From: Eledone cirrhosa
Taxonomy: Eukaryota
Length of the DNA: 64,000 bases
Direction of reading: 5' to 3'
NCBI GenBank assembly: GCA_964016885.1
Contig: OZ024741.1
Location: 58,900,001 to 58,964,000 of the forward strand
Shown here: one piece after another, positions 50,196 to 63,580 of the stretch
How positions within the stretch are numbered: the first letter of the stretch is position 1
Layout: the number at the start of each line of letters is the position of its first letter
Notes under the pieces: model-generated
What the model was told of the DNA's origin: nothing
The model's input: only the letters and a program-made list of their open reading frames with translations
The model's database searches: none
Program-made: the position numbers and the translations under genes

Positions 50196-50717
50196 TCCAG
50201 GGGTCACAAACATGTTGCCTGTTTATCTTTCTCTGGCCCTCAGCAAAACAGTTTTTGTGATTAATATTTTCCTAAAACTTAATAATTTAAAAAATCTATC
50301 TTCCTATATTTTGTACTAATTTACATATCCCACTTAATGCCATATGCGTATTCATTTTGATAAAAAAAAAAAAAGCCTATCAAATGTATTGCAGATTAGC
50401 ATTAGATTACTCCTACCCCCTCATCCATCTTCCTCAGGATATGATGACCCTTTTGAATCCTTGAGTTTGAGACCTCTAGGCTAATCTATACACACACACA
50501 CACATATATATACTTTCTAAGCAACATAGCATAGATTGTAGATTTTATCGAATTTAAATAAAGTAAGTAGCTTTATCATCTTAATATTTGTATAAATATG
50601 TGACATTTTATTGATTAAAAATGTTATATTCAGTTGTATATAAACAAGAAGAGAGAGAAAAGGATGAAAGGAAAGATGGGGTGAAATGGAGAGGAGGAAA
50701 TCCACACTTGGTTGACT

Positions 50718-51063
50718 GGTGAGTTCAAATCTTGCCTAGGTTAACTTTGTTTTTTGTCCTTCTGTGGTTGATAAAATAAAGTACCAGTCATGTACCTAGG
50801 TCAATATAATTGACTTTTCCCTCCCCCAAAATTATTGGCCTTGTGCCTATAGTAGAAACAGTTATTATTATTGGAAGGATGGCAGTGGATTTGCAGTATT
50901 GGTAGATTGTTGGACCCCATGCTTCATAGCATAGAGTTATGGCCCTTTACGTTCTGGGTTCCAATCCCACTGAAGCACCAGTAATGCACTGGGTCGATTT
51001 AATCAACTTTACCCTTCCCCTCAAATTGCTTGCCTATAGTAGAAATCATTATTATTATTATTG
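50718..51063 (+). mobile_element. Two degenerate SINEs with (ATT)n tails
   Basis: GAGTTCAAATC..GATAAAATAAAGTACCAG..GGCCTTGTGCCTATAGTAGAAA.(ATT)n. Confidence 0.75.
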
Positions 51064-51346
51064 GAAGGGGGAAGGGCTGGCAGTTTTCCTCCAAGAGGCT
51101 GTGTGGTGGATGAAACTGAAATGACAGAATACATTCCTCTTTGGTCAAGCCCTCATCAACTTTTTCAAGTTTCACTTGGAAAGGAATGTGAGGGAGGAGA
51201 GAGAAATGTTTTTGCACTTACACACTATATTATAAAAAGGTGTTTGAATCTAGTGAATGGGCTTACACCAAGGGTCTCAAACATGTGGCCTGCAAGTTGC
51301 ATGTGGCTCACCAGCTACTTTTCTAATTTTGTTTTCCTTGTTTTAA

Positions 51347-51749
51347 CCCTTTCATGACTGCACTCTATTTTAATTAATTAATTGTTTCTAGTTTAGGCAC
51401 AAGGCCAGCAATTACCCAGTGCATTACTGGTACTTTATTTTATCGACCCCGTAAGGATCAAAGGCAAAGTAAACCTCGGCGGGATTTGAACTCAGACTGT
51501 AAAGGGACGTAACTATGCTGGAAAGCATGGCATCCGACTCTCTACTGATACTGCCAATCCCCCTAATTAATGAAGAATTTTAAGGGATTTACTAAAATTA
51601 TTAATTATTTCATTACTAAGATAGTAACTTAATGTAAGGTTCTTATATAAAATTATGTGGGAAGATTTTAATTTAAATTGGAAACTTTTAAAATGGGTGG
51701 TTTTATTTCATAGAAACAGTCAGTTTTGGCCGGGCCGGTAATGAAAAAG
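51347..51749. mobile_element. Probable TTAA MITE with a nested minus-strand SINE (51381-51563)
   Basis: TTAA-CCCTTTCAT ... ATGAAAAAG-TTAA; the nested SINE is flanked by TAATTAAT on both sides. Confidence 0.6.
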
Positions 51750-52127
51750 TTAATATTTATTGTACAATTTATTGCAATTTATCCACGAAATACAATAAAA
51801 TGGAATTTATCAAAAGTGAAAATGAATTAAGGTAAATTTGAAATGGATCATTTGTCCTCCTAAATTATCATATACATATTCATTTTGATAATAAAGAAAA
51901 TAGATAGCTACTGTGTTGCAGATTAGCATTATAAATGGTGGAAATCATGTATTGTCCTCATCTCCCTTTTAGGCTCTGTGCCTCTCTTCCAGGATATAAT
52001 TGCCATTTTGAATCCTTGAATTGAGACTGCTGGCTTACTCTAAGCCTGCAGACTGGAGTAGAGAGGATAGGAGTACTTGTTGTTTAGTGTTTTGGCTTTA
52101 GGGACAAATATAGAAACCATTATTATC

Positions 52128-52460
52128 GGTGGATTGGCAGTATCGTTACGTCCCTTTATGGTCTGAGTTCAAATCCTGCCGAGGTTGACTTTGCCTTTCA
52201 TCCTTACGGGGTCGATAAAATAAAGTACCAGTAATGCACTGGGGTAATTGTTGGCCTTGTGCCACGGTGGTTTGGCAGTATCGGTAGAGCATCAGACACC
52301 ATGCTTTGCGGCATAGAGTTATGGCCCTTTACGTTCTGAGTTCAAATCTGCTGAGGTTAACTTTGCCTTTCATCCTTAAGGGGTTGATAAAATAAAGTAC
52401 CAGTAATGTACTGGGTGATTGATGGCCTTGTGCCAAAACTAGAAACAATTATTATCATTA
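52128..52460 (+). mobile_element. Tandem pair of tRNA-derived SINEs (central domain resembling the Meta-SINE type)
   Basis: GGTGG.TTGGCAGTATCG (A-box-like), GAGTTCAAATC (B box), GCCTTTCATCCTT..GGGGT.GATAAAATAAAGTACCAG twice. The domain name is from recall only. Confidence 0.82.
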
Positions 52461-52470
52461 TCATCATAAT

Positions 52471-52612
52471 TCTTCTTCTTCTTCCTCCCTCTTTCTTCTT
52501 CTTCTTCTTCTTCTTCTTCTTCTTCTTCTTCTTCTTCTTCTTCTTCTTCTTCTTCTTCTTCTTCTTCTTCTTCTTCTTTCTTCCTTCTTCTTCCTCCCTC
52601 TTTCTTCTTCTT
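52471..52612. repeat. (CTT)n microsatellite
   Basis: Read directly; explains the poly-F/poly-K ORFs. Confidence 0.98.
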
Positions 52613-54016
52613 TTTGTCATCACCATCAACTGTATCATGGTGTCATAGAGGATATCATACTGTTAAGTGAGCCAGAGTTAAAAATCAGTCTTGAAATAAA
52701 TCTGTTTCAACTATTAATACGGATTACTTCTAAACGATGTAGAAGCCATCTTATTTCTGAATGGATTTATTGAATGGAAACAACAGCAGAAATCATTATC
52801 CCTTTCCAAGCAGCACAGCATTAGGTCCTCTTGTCAAACAGTGATGTGTCAGGCAATATTTACAGAGAGAGGGGGAAGAGAGAGATAGGGGGAGGGGAGA
52901 GAGAGAGGGAGAAGAGAGGGTTTGAGCAACAGAATGGAAAGGATATGATGAGATAGCTAGAGAGGGAGTGTTTATGTGAAAGTATGTGACAGAGAGAGAG
53001 AAAAAGAAAGGAAATAGTTAGAAAGACAAAGATATCACTTCCAATTTAAGTAGCATTACACACACACACACACGTTACACACACACACACACACGGTACA
53101 CACACACGTACACACACACACACCATACTACACTACACACACACACTTACACCAACACATGCTACACACACACAACATCAAACTTCTGCTCTATATGAGC
53201 CACAATGATATTCCATTATGGAAATACAGACAGCAATATTATTTCCAATTGTTATGCCTCTATTTTCGATTAACTTTTATGTTGTTAAACATGGCATCGT
53301 TCAAAATTTATTGTAAGAAAAACTTTTAAAAATCAAAATCCCATTGACATTTGATAAGTGGCTTCATTTACAAAAGTGGTTCACATCCCATGATATCCTA
53401 ATTTCCTTGGTCACGCACACCACACTAGTTTAATATTCATGAGATGTAACAGAATGTCAAGACTTCTCATAAATATTTACAACAGTTTCCAGGTATGAGT
53501 TTTGCTTTAGATAATGACTCGTAGTTTCGTTCGGAAATATAGCTTTTATTAGATGTTTGGCATTACTTCCGGATTAGATTTTCTGAATTGTGAAAACATG
53601 TTTTAGTTTAAGTAGTATATTTTATGTTTAGTCAGATGAGGGTTTATAAAAAATGTTGCTGTATATTTAGATGTGTTCTTTGTAATCTAATTTAAATCCA
53701 TCACAATCTAAAGATAGAGAAATAGAATACAATAAAACCCTCCATACTGACGTCTGCATTGTAAATCAAAAACAGCATTTTATGCAGCGATATGCAGATC
53801 TAAACAAGTAGGATACCTATAACCTACTTTTTTCTCTCTCATTTGTCAAAAATATCTGACAGGATGGGTTGAAAACCTTTGAATCATGGGTCATTGGAAA
53901 CAGCTATGTTAAAAAGCCATTTTGGTTCTTATTGTTTCTGTTTTCTTTTTTTTACTTTACTACAAACTTATTTTTTAGTGTTTATATTTATCTAAAACGC
54001 CTTCCATCACAATTCT

Positions 54017-54352
54017 ATGTAAGAACCTTTGTTATATTCCAAACCCCTACTTAATAATAAGAAAGTAATTATATTACTAAATCCCTCTAAATTCTTGATT
54101 ATTTAAAAAATTAATTGAAAATCATATACTATCTCTTCCAATAGAAATATAGTAACAAAAGGGTTAAAATGTTTATATTTATTTTAATACCATCCATTAA
54201 GATTTTACGTAAGAACCTTTATTAAGTTATATTCCCAACAACAGCTTGATAATGAGAAAGTTAGTTATATTACTAAATCCCACCAAATTATTGATTATAA
54301 AAAAAAAAAGAAATACTGAAAATCATGAGAAATATGGTAAAAAAAGGGTTAA
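54017..54352. mobile_element. Two tandem partial copies of a TTAA-MITE right end
   Basis: Both start GTAAGAACCTTT and end GTAA(C/A)AAAAGGG-TTAA; related ends at ~12128 (inverted) and ~41166. Confidence 0.65.
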
Positions 54353-54922
54353 ACATTGTTATTCAATAGCAGTTTTGTCTTTTTTACAAACTGATGAAGT
54401 GAGTCTAATATCTCCTATAGCAGTGAAGTGGCAGCATCATTAGAATGTCAAATAGAATGCTTTCAGTATTCATTCTAGTGCACTGTACTCTGATTTCAAT
54501 TCCTATTGAGGTCAACTTTGCCTTTCATCTTTTTTAGCTTGACAAAGTACCAGTCCAGTAGTGGGGTCAATTCTTCCTTTACATCTCTTTCTCATTTCCC
54601 TTGTGTAGTATTTGTTCTGGCTCTCTGTACTCTGTACTCTCTACCACTGAGGTGGTATTTGAACTCAGCTTTGCCCTTCATCCTTTCAAGGTCAATAAAT
54701 TACCAGTACAATACAAAGGTCAACAATTCTTCTATATCTCTTTCTATCTCTCTCTCTCTCCCTTCTCTGGAAGAAATTGACTGTGGAGTGATGGGTTCCA
54801 ACAGGTTTTAATTCTGGAGATACACTATATATCACTATGGTGCCCCTAAGATTCCAAAAGGAAATAAGGGCCCTTGGTATTGCGATATCTGATATATCAG
54901 AGCTGTTATTGTATTAAGATAT

Positions 54923-55043
54923 TCACTACAGATGACCATTGGCTAATTAAAATGGTCACTACAGATAACCATTGGCTAATTAAAATGGTCACTACAGATG
55001 ACCATTGGCTAAATGATTAAGGTGGTCACTATATATGACCACT
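54923..55043. repeat. 33-bp tandem repeat, ~3.5 copies
   Basis: Unit TCACTACAGATGACCATTGGCTAATTAAAATGG. Confidence 0.92.
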
Positions 55044-55267
55044 AACAGAAGGATTTTAACTGTTTAATTTTCCTGCTCTACATTCTGGGTTCAAATCACT
55101 TCAGAATTGACTTTACCTTTCATATTCCCTGCTATCAATAAAGTTGGATAAAGAAACAGGAGTATTCTTGTCACAGCCCTATTCCTTTCAAACACACTAT
55201 GACCCTCTTTCCACCAATCTCATGACTCTCACAACAGTATCTTCACAACCCCACCATAATCATCACA

Positions 55268-55765
55268 GCCATATTTCTATTAACTCCACCATGACCCTAA
55301 ATCCATCAGCCCCACCACGACCCTATCTCAACCAACCCCAGTAGAACCCTCACAATCCTATCTCAACCAACCCCACCATGACCCTCATGATCCTATCTCT
55401 CACCAACCCCTCCATGACTCTCACAACTCTATCTCCACCAACCCTACCATGACCCTCACAACCCTATCTAAACCAACCCCTCCATGACTCTCCCAACCCT
55501 ATCTCAACCAACCCCACCATGACCCTCATGATCCTATCTCCACCAACCCTACCATGACCCTCACACCCCTATCTAAACCAACCCCTCCATGACTCTCCCA
55601 ACCCTATCTCAACCAACCCTACCATGACCCACACAGCCCTATCTCAACCAACCCCACCATGACCCTCCCAACCCTATCTCAACCAACCCCACCATGACCC
55701 TCCCAACCCTATCTCAACCAACACCACCACCACGACCCTCATGACTCTATCTCCACCAAGCCCCT
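55268..55765. repeat. 35-bp C-rich minisatellite, ~13 copies
   Basis: Unit CCACCATGACCCTCACAACCCTATCTCAACCAACC. Confidence 0.95.
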
Positions 55766-55899
55766 TTTCACCCCTCATGATAATAAGAAGTCTGAGTTGA
55801 TTCAACAGGATATCTTAGTCCTGTGATTTAGCTTTGTGCCAAGTGAAAAGAAACCTATTGATATGATCAACACAGTAGAATTCTGTGTCTATCTGTCTG

Positions 55900-55953
<54 letters not shown>

Positions 55954-56526
55954 ATAATCACCATCATCATGTGTGTATGTGTGTGTGTGTGGTATAGTTC
56001 TCATTTAACCTTAAATAATTACATTAGTAAAACATTTAGAGAGAGCAAAGTGGCAAGGTGGTGGTAGTGGGGTGAACAAATAGAAGAAAGCAATAGTGGA
56101 AAAAAAGAAGAGAGAGAGAGATTGAAGGAGATGGGATGTAAAGGGCAATGAGTTGAAAGAAACCCCCCACCCCAGATGTTTAGTATTGGTGATAACATCA
56201 GGTTTAAAATGGCTTAGATAATTCATTTTTATCCATTTTAGCAGTTTATTTAAACAACTACAGGATTTCCCCACCTTCTTTTCTTATCTGTCACATTCTT
56301 CTATTTATATACATTAAATAAACATATAAGATTACATTCTATAAAAGAAGACAAATAACCATAGTTCTTTCCTCTTTTCTCCATTGAGGGTCACCTAGAT
56401 CATAGTTTCTTAAAGTGGTTCATAAAGACACCTAGTGGGGGTGAATAAAAGCTTAGGGGTTCTCATGGGGGGAATTTATCAGTTAGCACTTATTAATCCT
56501 TTTATAATGGCAGAAGAAAAATTACT

Positions 56527-56812
56527 GGATCACTGCCAGATATCATACATCTAGCAGAATATCTGATAGTTTAGTGGCCCATGTAGATTCACTGCCAGAT
56601 ATTGCACATCTGGCAGAATATGTGATAGTTTAGTGGACCATGTGGATTCACTACCAGATATTGCACATCTGGCAGAATATCTGGTAATTTAGACTCACTG
56701 CCAGATATTGTATATCTGACAGAATATCTGATAGCTTAGACTCACTGGCAGATATTGTACATCTGGCAGAATATCTGATAGTTTAGTGGATCATGTAGAC
56801 AAGCTGCCTGAT
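56527..56812. repeat. Tandem repeat (39-52 bp units) with a palindromic core
   Basis: CACTGCCAGAT-ATTGCAC-ATCTGGCAG-AATATCTGATAGTTTAG occurs ~5.5x. Confidence 0.92.
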
Positions 56813-56912
56813 ATTATCCTCCTAACAGAATACTAAACATGAGAATTCCTCAATAGATTATTTTTCCATTTGATATTGAAGTGAAAAATGCAAATTTAGT
56901 CATCTTTTTTAA

Positions 56913-57116
56913 CCCTTTTAGCATTTAAACTGGTCATATCTGGCCAGAATTCTCTCACCTCTTTCTGTTTAAACCAGCCATAACCAGCCACTCATACTGA
57001 CATTAAGGTATTGTTCTCAAAATAAATATCATCATCATCAAAATCTCGTAGATTCAATATCATGTGAGATAAAACCTTTACCATGAAAATATGATAGTAA
57101 TGTAAATGCTAAAGAG
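56913..57116. mobile_element. piggyBac-type MITE, inverted copy of 49616-49836
   Basis: TTAA on both sides; ends CCCTTTTAGCATTT and AAATGCTAAAGAG; internal homology to the first copy. Confidence 0.85.
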
Positions 57117-57604
57117 TTAAAGAAGAATTATTAAAATGACTTTCCATCTTGAAGCTATGTTAACATTTAAAGGAATTTAGTATTACTGGATGAATGAAAA
57201 ATTGCAGCAGAATATCCTAAGCTTTGTGTAACTTTTGAGTTCATTTTAATAGCCTTTCCAAGTTGGTATACAGAGGATTGTTAGTTTAGATATGTGCATT
57301 ATTTAGTAAGAAAACAGAGAAGCATTTGTAGACGGAACATAGTAATATGCAGCCCTAACTCATAAACTTGTAACTTAATATTCATGATCTTCTTTGTGTC
57401 CACCAAACAAATCCTTCACATTAAAAAATAATTCAAGTCGTAAAGGTATGTTTCCATTTATAGTTTACTGATTCTTTTCTCATGTAAGTTGTACTAAAAA
57501 CTCAGTAACTAATGATTTCAAAGTGAACATAACCATTTGACTATGCTGGATCTATGTATACTCACAGGCATACAACATATAAGCCCACAGATATACACCA
57601 TACA

Positions 57605-58400
57605 AACACACATTCATACAGCATACAACATGTACACACAAGCACATGTCACACAATCACAAGCCACACACACACACACACATTTATACAGCATACAACA
57701 TGTACACACAAGCACATGTCACATAATCACATGCCACACACACACACATTCATACAGCATACAACATGTACACACAAGCACATGTCACACAATCACAAGC
57801 CACACACACACATATTTATACAGCATATACAATGTACACACAGGGATATAACAAGCAGGCATATATCACATACACACACACATCTCACAATGTACAAACA
57901 GGCATACATCACACACACATCTCACAATGTACACTCAAGCATACATCACACACACACATCTCACAATGTACACACAGGCATACATCACACACACACATCT
58001 CACAATGTACACACAGGCATACATCACACACACATCTCACAATGTACACACAGGCATACATCACACACACACATCTCAATGTACACACAGGCATACATCA
58101 CACACACACACACACACATTTCACAATGTACACACAGGCATACATCACACACACACATCTCACAATGTACATACAGGCATACATCATACACACACAAACA
58201 TGCAGGCATACATCACACAAACACACAGGCAGATGTCATGTGACACACACAGCGGCAAAGGTCATAACATACAAATATAAAGTAATACATCACACCATTC
58301 AGGCATAAACACACTGGCACATGTCATAACACACAAACAGGCATATTTCATGACACACAAACACACAGACAAACGTCAGGTCACACACACACACACAGAG
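57605..58400. repeat. Two adjacent CA-rich minisatellites (~66-bp x4, ~39-bp x9)
   Basis: CATACAGCATACAACATGTACACACAAGCACATGTCAC.. followed by CATCTCACAATGTACACACAGGCATACAT(CA)n. Confidence 0.92.
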
Positions 58401-59370
58401 GCAAACATATCTATTATTATGATTACGTGATATTTGTCAACTGGCGTGTGTGTTTGCTTAAATATAATTCACAAAGTATTATTTAAACAATTTCATATTC
58501 AGAGCAGTTCTGAAGTGCGAATATTAAATGTGAGGAATTGTTCACACCAGGTTTTCATCACATCTGAAAAATTATAGAAATGGCTGTATTCTGGATGTGA
58601 GATTTACAAGTGACAAAGTGTTGCTAGAATGAAGAGGTGATGTTTCTGAACTATAATATTGATTTTATAACTGGTGTTGAATAAAGGAAAGGAACTAATC
58701 ATCAGATCAAACCAAGGAAACTATGTTTCCATTGGTCTTTACTTTGCTAATGCTATCCATCGGTCACAATTGCTGGCAGAAAATTGAGTTGATTGTTAGA
58801 TCAGATCAAGAAAACAATGTTTCCTTTGGTTTTCCCATTGCTGATACTAACTGCTGGTTGCAACTCTTAGCAGAAGGAGGGGGGCGATCATCAGATCGAA
58901 CCAAGGAAACTGTTTATATTTACTGTTTGTTTCTGCCCTGGAACTACATGGTTCACCAAATAGGGATCAATACAATAAGTTCCAGGCTTTAAAAAATATT
59001 TACTGGGCTCAATATGATTGACTATTACCTTCAATAGAGTACCTCAGCATAACCACAGTCTAATGACTGAAACCAATAAAAAATTAAAAAATAAGTAAAA
59101 CATACTTCACATATTCCCTCAGAACTCACCATAGAAGAGACATGCCAATTGTTTATTGGCTAAGTCCTTAAAATTCTTTTATTTGAATCCACAAATTTTT
59201 GGCCAACATCCTGCTAAAGACATGTTAGTGTGATATTCATAGCTTGTTGAAGTTGTAATCAATATTTTATAGATATGTTTCAAAATAAATACATTGAAAC
59301 TTGGACTACTTCCAGAATGGTGACAGATCTAAAAACTGCCTGGAAATTTGGCACCATATCCTTACTTCAC

Positions 59371-59625
59371 AGCACAGTATGGCTGAATGGTTAAGGCATT
59401 TGCTTTGAAATTATACAAACCCAGGTTTGATCTCACTGTGTGGCACCTTGGATATTTGTCTTTTATTAAGCCTTGGGTCAACCTATGTCTTGTGAGTGCA
59501 ATAAGTTAGACGGAAACTGTTTGGAAAGTTGTCAGATTGACTGTACATGTAATTCAAAGGGTCAGCTTTGTCACACACTGTGTCATGCTGAATCTCCCTG
59601 AGAATTACATCAAAAGTACACATAT
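59371..59625 (+). mobile_element. Degenerate tRNA-derived SINE
   Basis: TGGCTGAATGGTTAAGGC (A box), GGTTTGATCTC (B-box-like), GGCACCTTGG core; a related piece lies at ~12655-12740. Confidence 0.65.
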
Positions 59626-62166
59626 CCGTACACTATCAATAGGTAGAAGAAAGAAAGGCCGAGAATAAGAAGAGAAATGAAAAAATAAAAACAATAAAGG
59701 TGAACCATCATCATCATCGTTTAACATCCACTTTCCATGCTAACATGGGTTAGACAGGAAGTGAACCATATGCATATATCAATATAAGTGCACATGTGTT
59801 TGTATGCAGTTAGTCAGGTGATAGTTGTATGAGGTAGGTTACAATTGCTTCTCAAAGTTTCTGTACTTCCCAAGTATCTCCAATATGATATTCAAATAGT
59901 TCATGGTTATGTAGATTTTTGAGGATTTATCTTTTCTCTGCTGTGCAATCATTACAGCCTTTGCTTCTGTTTTAGTAGGAGTATTGATTATTCTATAAGT
60001 TTTCATTTAATATTATAGTTATAAACTCTTTCTTTTGTTTGCCAGATGTGGTCCCCAATTTAATTGCATTTCTTTGTTTGAATTATAAAAGTATGTTCTT
60101 TTTTTTGCCTGAACTTCTCTTCAGTTATACCTGAGAATAATGTATGTGTCACTTCAATGTTTGTATCTATTGTGTAACATCTGTTTCCTAATATTATAGC
60201 TTTGTATATACATACGAATATGAGGAAATATGTATATGGAAATCATGTATCATGTTTAATAAACATATTTAGTATCATTGTCAAAATATATTCCATGTTT
60301 ATAACCCACAGTGGCTTTAGCAGCTATAAGTATGGGTCAATCTGACAAGTTTTGTATGTATTCAAGCTCAAGAGATCACCTACCTTGCCTTTAAACTACT
60401 GAAATTAAGATTATATCTTTTCTTATAAGTATGCTAAGTAAACTATTACCAGCATAAAGAAATGTACAAAGCTGACAGCCACGGTTTAATAACAAAAGTA
60501 GCAAGGAAGTGAGGTTTTAAGTAAATATGGTTCTGTTGAGGCTAAGGAAATGGTCAATTTTGTGAGCTAGATCATTACTTTAACACATGGATATGCCACT
60601 TGGCTTGTGTTTGATGGACCACAGCTTCATTGGACATGGCTGGAAATCATACACTATGATATGCAGACTTGCCAACCTTTAAAAATCCAAATGAGGAGTA
60701 CCATACAAAAAGTGTCCCACAACGGAGAGAAATAAGGTAAAATGGGGAAATTTTACATAATGAAAGCTATACCCATTTTCACAAGAGAAGTGGGTGGGAG
60801 ATCACCATGCCAGACAGAGAGAGTTGATAGGTCTGGATATGTTTATTAAAGATGCATATGATTCCTATATACAGTGTTGGTACTTATATATACAAGTAAA
60901 CAAGGAACAGCTATATATATGTATGTAAGTGTACTAATGCATGTATTGTAAATGTATTGTATGTTGTTCAGAATAAAAAAATGTTTAATGTTGTTTTGTT
61001 AATGTATTAAAACTTTAGAAGCTAATTTGTAAATGTCAGCTGTTTTGGCGTAAATTTTGTTTGGGGAAAAAATATCATTTCATGGAGTCGTTCATACTTT
61101 GAATCTACTCACAAATCAATACAACAGTTTCAAGGACGAAATTATAAATATGTCCAGAAAATACATTAATAAATTTTTAAAAAGTAACATTACCTTTCAT
61201 ATGCACAAAATATATCTTTTGGGTATTCAGCAACCAACTGTGAATTTTGATTAGATATTACAAATATCAACAACACTTTTATTTTTAACAGATCTTAAAA
61301 CACAGCATATTATTCAAATATAATTACATTAAATAAAACTGAAATAATCTTGATGGAATGCAAACCATTTCATGCAAAGAAGAAATAGTGTTATGAATTT
61401 CAGTCAAAATGTATTTTTACTCAAAAAGTTATTGTATTTTTTTGTATAAAATATGAGAAAATTTGAACTAAAACTAAAGGCAAAAAAGTGGGTGTCATAT
61501 ACACATTTTCAAAAAATTTTCAAAAAATTTGACTGAGCTTGAAAATTCATATAGCAAGATGGAAAATATATGTTGATGATAATTGTTTTAAAATGGTATA
61601 TATTTTTACATTCTATGACATCATAAGAAACTGAGATTTGTAGTGAAATATGTGTGTAAGATAATGATTTTGATGGAAAACATGGTTCAAGTTAACAAAA
61701 AATATTTACATAGACATGGCTGTAATCAGAAGTCGTATTATACACATGGATGTAATTTCTTTTCATTTTTTCTACTTCAAAAACTGGGATCATATTTTAC
61801 ACAAGACGTATTATAGAAAGTAATATGATACATTTCATATGTATAAAATCTTTTGAGTATTCAGCAACCAGGGAACCAACTGTGTATTCTGATGAGATAT
61901 TTCAAGCATTAACATCATTCTATTTTTTACATCTTAAATCACACTATATTATTAAAATATAATTACATTAACACTTAACATTCTGTACCACAATGAAACC
62001 AAACTACATTAGCAACACATTGTTGGAAAGTACAAAACAGCATTGTGACTGCATCACATTAAATATTAAAGTCTTTAATCTAATATTACACATTTTCACA
62101 ATGATCTCTTCACTAGTAAAGATGATATAATGAATTGCAAAAAGAAAAAAACTATTTCAACATTAA

Positions 62167-62675
62167 TGAGTAAATGATAATAATATTATAATAATATTAT
62201 TAATAGTCAATTCGTTTGCAAGCAAACAGCCTCATATGACCATGCATTTTAGATGACTCCTATCATTCTTTTGTTCCAACGGTAGCAAAGAGAGAAACAA
62301 TCAACAATTGTTTCAGGGTTATTGCCCTTTGTAAAATCTGTGTATCTCTCCCTTTTCTGTCACACACTCTTGAGAATATATAGTATTCTCTAAAGTATAC
62401 ATCGATTGATTAGCCTAATTTACATACTGACCGATTTTACAGCTGGCTTTGCTGAAAATTAAAAACAAAATTTGTTTTCGCTCTAGCATAACAGATACAT
62501 AAATGCATTCGTGAGTGAATAATAATATAATATTTAATTTGTGTTTCTCTCTCTCCTACCGCTGGAACAAATGGATGATGGGAGACATCTGAAACACATG
62601 GCATTGTGAGGCTGTTTGCTTGCAAAAAAATTGAATATTAATAATATTATTATTATATTATTATTATTTATTCAC
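62167..62675. repeat. Foldback/MITE-like structure with ~135-bp diverged inverted repeats
   Basis: TTTGCAAGCAAACAGCCTCA...TTTGTTCCAACGGTAG.AAAGAGAGAAACA (62167-62300) pairs with 62542-62675. Confidence 0.85.
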
Positions 62676-62694
62676 GAATGCATTTACGTATCCA

Positions 62695-62800
62695 CTACAT
62701 GAGCAAGACATGGTCACCTGACCTGACATTGCCCACAGCAGGACACCTCGTCTAACCCACACTAGCGTGGAAGAATGGACATAAAACAGTGATGATGACT
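62695..62800 (+). mobile_element. Solo RTE tail
   Basis: GAGCAAGACATGGTCACC..GTCTAACCCACACTAGCGTGGAAGAATGGAC..(GAT)n. Confidence 0.82.
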
Positions 62801-63294
62801 ATGACTTTAGAGTGAAAACAAATTTTATTTTTCACCATTTTCAGCTAAAATCATTGCAGGATGCTAAGAGTTAAAAGTTAAACTGAAATAAACTTGATAA
62901 AATGCCAACCATCCCTTCCAAAGAAATGATGTTACAAATTTCAGTTAAAATTAATTTTTAATAAAAACAAAACAAAAAAAACAAAAACAAAAATGCTATA
63001 TTTAGTAAAAGACATTCTTGCTGAAAAGTTCTAACTCTAAAATTAAATAAGTTGTCGAGAATATTCTCAAAATAAATGTAGAAATGTATTGAAGCAAGGA
63101 ATATACAATAAAATATTTATTTTGTTTGTTAACCTTCAACATGTGGGTTGGTTTGCTAAAAATAATAATTTCAAAGTTTGTTGTTTGATGTTGTAGTTGT
63201 TGTTTGATGTTATTGATGTTACAGTTGCTGTTGTAACTGTTGTTATTGTTAGTGTTTTTGTTATACTTGTTGTTGGTGTTGTTATTGTTGTTGT

Positions 63295-63580
63295 TTAATC
63301 CCAGGTCTCACTGATTGAGCAGACCTATGATCAAAAGCATTCCACCACTGACCATCTCATCATTTCAACAGACACATGTACTCTTAATGAAGTTCTCAGG
63401 GAGATTCAGCATGAATAATAAGGCTGACCATTTGAATTATAACCCAATTTTGTCAGCTGAGTTGACTGGGTCAACATGAAATAAAGCATCTTGCTGAAGG
63501 TCACAACATGCCACCTAGAATCAAACTCACCACCTTACAATTGTAAGCCAGATACACTAACCACTCAGTCACATACCTTC
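63295..63580 (-). mobile_element. Degenerate tRNA-derived SINE next to a (TTG)n tract
   Basis: Reverse complement head GAAGGTATGTGACTGAGTGGTTAGTG, GAGTTTGATTC, core CCTTCAGCAAGATGCTTTATTTCA; (TTG)n at 63175-63294. Confidence 0.7.

Noticed and set aside
52357-52648. Poly-K and poly-F ORFs
   Set aside because: Translations of the (CTT)n microsatellite.
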